NCBI GenBank assembly: GCA_000002435.2
Contig: CM018793.1
DNA: 64,000 nucleotides
From: Giardia intestinalis
Taxonomy: Eukaryota
Reading direction: 5' to 3' (one strand)
Shown in pieces: positions 60,777 through 64,000 of this stretch (positions are counted from its first letter, which is position 1; the number at the start of each line of letters is the position of its first letter). The translations under genes and the position numbers were made by a program. The notes under the pieces are model-generated. The model worked only from the letters and a program-made list of their open reading frames with translations. It made no database searches and was not told the origin of the DNA.

Positions 60777-61341
60777 TTTTACTCCGGGTCACATAGAACG
60801 CGTGTGGCAGTACGCCTGCAATTCCTGGGCCTCTTGCAGCGCATCCAGATGGCGCATCATAAGCGGACTGCATGCCTTGAATTCCTTCCGTTGCCCCTGC
60901 TATGTGTAGCAAGGTGCAACAAAGTGACTATTGGGATTCTGAAGCCTAGAGCCCCCTTTACAAGCCGTGGTGTGCATCCGTTCCCACCACACGGACCATC
61001 ATGCTGAGGAAACACGTCCGCTTGGAAGGCAGTAAACGCTCCACTCCAATCTTAGCGCACGCCTTGCACGGCGGCAACCACCTGGTCGGTAGTCTGCGTG
61101 CGCGAACTCCCTGATGGTCTGAAGCAGGCCATGTCTCGCTGCAAAACCTTGCCCCTGGCTGGAAGAATGCCCTGCAGGCAACGGCTTAGCCGCGCTGTGA
61201 CTGCCTCTGCACCCATCTGCCCGGGCTGTTGCGAAGACTCGAGGTGAGAACAGCTCGGGGTCCCCATAGCAGCGAGCATGTGGCCAAGAGAACAGCCCGA
61301 CTGTTTGCCCGGGGCTGACGTGCAGATGGCGTCGCAGAGCT

Positions 61342-62688
61342 ATGGACCTCAGTCTTAAAATGAGCGCCCTGGAGCGCGCGGATGTCTCTTCTGGGGATAC
61401 CGCTGCCCACGCCCCCGGATCCCCCCTGTGCGAGTGGAGGGCCGAGCTTGACGCCCCAGTCATCGCTGCGGTGGTTGCGCGAGTCTGCGGTAGGGACGCT
61501 GTCGTGGCGCTAACCACGCGGGGCCGGGCCCCCATCGTCCATGCAATCGCCTCCAAGGGCATCAGCGGCAGCAGAAGTGTCTGCAGCCTCGGACGCGCCG
61601 CTCCGGGGGAGCCCCTGACCGCGGTCTGCGCCCTGGATGAGCGGGTCTTCCTCGCCTCTGTGTCGGCCATCTACGAGCTCGTGGCAGGCTCTCATCGAAC
61701 GCATCGCCTAGTTCTGCTCTACCCCGCGCGGGACATCCCCTGGCCCATCCGAAGCCTCTCTGCCGAGAGGTGCGGAGCCGCAATTGTCCTCGTCGCTACG
61801 TTCGGGCTCCCAGCACAGGACCCGCAAAGCACGGGCCTTCTACTGCTCTGCCTGCGTGGTGGGTGTCCCCAGGCAACTGTCCTCCCCGTCTCCGTCGCTG
61901 ACACTGCCTGCCCCTCTCTGCGCTACGATCCGGCCTCCTCCCTCCTCTATGTCCTGGCCCCCACGACTGATGCAGGAGTCGTTCTGTGCTGCGTCTGCTT
62001 CCAGGAGCCCGCAACTTTGGACCTGGTGCTACGGGGGTTCGAGTGGTTCACTCAGACCGGCACGGAGTTCTACATGTCCCGGGTTGTTATCTCGAGCCCC
62101 GAGGAGCATCTCTCGTACCGCTGCAAAGAGGGTCCTGAGCTTGCAGAGGCGCAGGTCGGGGCCGTCTGCATGTGTGGCACCTCGGCTGTCGTCGCCGTGT
62201 CGGCCGTTTCCGAGACCGGCGAGCGCTCCGATCTGCCGGTCCTCCTGGTCGTCTCCGGCCTGCTGTCGCATCTCTCGTTCTCCACGATAGAACTCGATGA
62301 CTTCGGGGCCCAGAACCTACCCCCGGAGTCTGAGTCGTTCCGCATCTTCTCTCTGTCCCCATCCTCGGCTGCCCCGGGAACCCTCTGTCTGGCCTTCTGC
62401 AAGGGAAGCCTCCTCCACTTCCACAGGATGCCCGTGGAGAGCGGCACAGACGGCCCCCGCTCTGTCAGCACGTGCGAGTTGGTCCCTTCGACACACACGT
62501 TCTGCGCCCTGTACGAGACAGAAGGGGCCTTGCGGTGCGTCTTCACGGCCGTGGATGGAGCGCGCCTGTTCCTCTGCATGGCGAGCATGCAGGTGAGTTC
62601 CGGCCGTCGCGCTGGGGTCGGGGGGAGGTCGCAGAAGGGCCAGGAGGGGAAGCAGAGGAAGCACAAGGCACGGGTCAGCGATGCGTAG
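61342..62688 (+). CDS. Orphan GC-rich ORF (448 aa), hypothetical. The coding status is uncertain.
   Basis: ATG start. This is the longest ORF in a ~65% GC segment where both strands give long spurious ORFs. The plus-strand product has a more protein-like composition (V/L/E/F/Y/C) than the Arg/Ala/Ser-rich antisense ORFs 60999..61670 and 62070..62987. Confidence 0.35.
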   Translation: MDLSLKMSALERADVSSGDTAAHAPGSPLCEWRAELDAPVIAAVVARVCGRDAVVALTTRGRAPIVHAIASKGISGSRSVCSLGRAAPGEPLTAVCALDERVFLASVSAIYELVAGSHRTHRLVLLYPARDIPWPIRSLSAERCGAAIVLVATFGLPAQDPQSTGLLLLCLRGGCPQATVLPVSVADTACPSLRYDPASSLLYVLAPTTDAGVVLCCVCFQEPATLDLVLRGFEWFTQTGTEFYMSRVVISSPEEHLSYRCKEGPELAEAQVGAVCMCGTSAVVAVSAVSETGERSDLPVLLVVSGLLSHLSFSTIELDDFGAQNLPPESESFRIFSLSPSSAAPGTLCLAFCKGSLLHFHRMPVESGTDGPRSVSTCELVPSTHTFCALYETEGALRCVFTAVDGARLFLCMASMQVSSGRRAGVGGRSQKGQEGKQRKHKARVSDA

Positions 62689-63017
62689 GGCTGTCTTTCC
62701 GCTGCCCAGTGCATACAAGGGTGCGCACAGCCACGACCGTCGCGCAGACGAGCCAATGGCAGGAGCGGGCCCGCACCTCTTCCTGCGCCGTGGAGTCTGA
62801 GGATCCGAGCTGGGGTCCCGGGGATGACACACGGCTGCAAGGGCATGCATGGGAGACACACAGGGACACAGACACGCAGGTGCACCTCTTCAGCGTCCCA
62901 CAAACGGATGCTCTCGTGCAGAGACCAAGCGGGTCTGTGAATGAGGCCCACGAGAGCCCAGAGATCGGGCACCCACTGCTCACCCACGCTAGAGCACCGC
63001 CCACATGTCCATACAGC

Positions 63018-63024
63018 ATTTACT
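63018..63024 (-). other. Putative poly(A) signal AGTAAAT, 15 nt downstream of the VSP stop codon
   Basis: The reverse complement of 63001-63043 reads cgTAGatgtagacttaggtAGTAAATgctg, which matches the Giardia AGTRAAY consensus. Confidence 0.5.
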
Positions 63025-63038
63025 ACCTAAGTCTACAT

Positions 63039-64000
63039 CTACGCTTTGCCCCGGCAGAGGAACCACCAGCAGAGGAAGCCGACGAGGCCCCCGACGACGA
63101 TGACAGCGGCCACAGCGATGCCAGCTATGGCGCCCGTGGAAAGGCCGCTCTTGTTGACGCTAGAAGATATGCACCTGTTCTGTCCGGCGACCGGGCCGTA
63201 TCCTCCCTCGCACTCGCACACCTTCTGGTTGGGGGCAGAGTTCGGCGGGCAATCTGCGGCACAGCTCTTCCCGTCGACCTGTATGTTGTGAGAACTGTCG
63301 GTGCATGCCGTGCAGGTCTGGTCGGCAGGGTTGCAGGTCTGGCAGCCCGCCGCACAGCCTGCGCTAGGATTCTGTTCGCACCTGTTCTGTCCGGCGACCG
63401 GGCCGTATCCTCCCTCGCACTCGCACACCTTCTGGTTGGGGGCAGAGTTCGGCGGGCAATCTGCGGCACAGCTCTTCCCGTCGACCTGTATGTTGTGAGA
63501 ACTGTCGGTGCATGCCGTGCAGGTCTGGTCGGCAGGGTTGCAGGTCTGGCAGCCCGCCGCACAGCCTGCGCTAGGATTCTGTTCGCACCTGTTCTGTCCG
63601 GCGACCGGGCCGTATCCTCCCTCGCACTCGCACACCTTCTGGTTGGGGGCAGAGTTCGGCGGGCAATCTGCGGCACAGCTCTTCCCGTCGACCTGTATGT
63701 TGTGAGAACTGTCGGTGCATGCCGTGCAGGTCTGGTCGGCAGGGTTGCAGGTCTGGCAGCCCGCCGCACAGCCTGCGCTAGGATTCTGTTCGCACCTGTT
63801 CTGTCCGGCGACCGGGCCGTATCCTCCCTCGCACTCGCACACCTTCTGGTTGGGGGCAGAGTTCGGCGGGCAATCTGCGGCACAGCTCTTCCCGTCGACC
63901 TGTATGTTGTGAGAACTGTCGGTGCATGCCGTGCAGGTCTGGTCGGCAGGGTTGCAGGTCTGGCAGCCCGCCGCACAGCCTGCGCTAGGATTCTGTTCGC
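63039..64000 (-). CDS. Variant-specific surface protein (VSP), 3' portion. The N-terminal part lies beyond the window edge.
   Basis: The C-terminus is ...GLSTGAIAGIAVAAVIVVGGLVGFLCWWFLCRGKA, that is the VSP transmembrane helix plus the invariant CRGKA tail. The Cys-rich extracellular part carries CXXC motifs (CQTC, CTAC). The TAG stop is at 63039-63041. Confidence 0.85.
   Translation of the reverse strand, partial: EQNPSAGCAAGCQTCNPADQTCTACTDSSHNIQVDGKSCAADCPPNSAPNQKVCECEGGYGPVAGQNRCEQNPSAGCAAGCQTCNPADQTCTACTDSSHNIQVDGKSCAADCPPNSAPNQKVCECEGGYGPVAGQNRCEQNPSAGCAAGCQTCNPADQTCTACTDSSHNIQVDGKSCAADCPPNSAPNQKVCECEGGYGPVAGQNRCEQNPSAGCAAGCQTCNPADQTCTACTDSSHNIQVDGKSCAADCPPNSAPNQKVCECEGGYGPVAGQNRCISSSVNKSGLSTGAIAGIAVAAVIVVGGLVGFLCWWFLCRGKA
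63171..64000. repeat. Perfect 207-bp tandem repeats (at least 4 copies, continuing past the window edge) inside the VSP coding region. Each encodes the 69-aa unit CECEGGYGPVAGQNRCEQNPSAGCAAGCQTCNPADQTCTACTDSSHNIQVDGKSCAADCPPNSAPNQKV.
   Basis: The identical plus-strand ORFs at 63301, 63508 and 63715 are spaced exactly 207 nt apart. The sequence gcacctgttctgtccggcgaccgggcc recurs at 63171, 63378, 63585 and 63792. The final 25 nt of the window restart the unit. Confidence 0.9.

Noticed and set aside
60999-62987. Long minus-strand ORFs 60999..61670 and 62070..62987, and several 60-180-aa ORFs on both strands between 56.6 and 62.9 kb
   Set aside because: This segment is ~65% GC, where stop codons are rare, so long ORFs arise by chance. 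The products are Arg/Ala/Ser/Pro-rich with no motifs. Only the 448-aa plus-strand ORF was kept, at low confidence.
63125-63976. A 283-aa minus-strand ORF (MRRAARPATLPTRPARHAP...) overlapping the VSP
   Set aside because: It is an alternative frame of the same repeat array. Its Arg/Pro/Ala/Thr-rich low-complexity product is produced by GC-rich repeats, whereas the other frame gives the Cys-rich VSP ending in CRGKA.
1-64000. tRNA genes and prokaryote-style features (CRISPR arrays, operons, defence islands)
   Set aside because: No GTTCGAnTC T-loop signatures or cloverleaf candidates were seen. The sequence is eukaryotic (Giardia), so prokaryotic feature classes do not apply.

Overview
The window is almost certainly Giardia intestinalis (G. 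lamblia) nuclear DNA. The diagnostic evidence is a variant-specific surface protein (VSP) gene whose product ends in the invariant ...GLVGFLCWWFLCRGKA tail, several NEK-kinase/ankyrin ('Protein 21.1'-type) genes, intron-less genes with intergenic spacers of 2-130 nt, AT-rich initiator regions immediately before ATGs, and an AGTAAAC-type poly(A) signal at a stop codon. Positions 1-56.5 kb form a densely packed housekeeping and flagellar region of about 47-50% GC. It contains a thiolase C-terminal fragment, a 6458-aa hydin-like giant gene, guanylate kinase, a PIF1 helicase, two metallo-beta-lactamase-fold hydrolases, NEK-ankyrin kinases, diphthine synthase, an SRP68-like protein, an AP mu-adaptin, a DZIP1-like zinc-finger protein, a SET-domain methyltransferase, an Orc/Cdc6-like ATPase, ARL2 and a divergent WRKY-type zinc-finger protein. 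From about 56.6 kb to the window end the composition rises sharply to roughly 60-65% GC. Coding density collapses there, and the content changes to a frameshifted NEK kinase-ankyrin pseudogene, a stand-alone ankyrin protein, an orphan GC-rich ORF and the 3' part of a VSP gene. That VSP gene carries at least four perfectly identical 207-bp (69-aa) tandem repeats that run off the window edge. No rRNA, tRNA, CRISPR or transposon coding sequence could be supported. The ORF table uses GTG/TTG as starts, so several coordinates were re-anchored to the first in-frame ATG.
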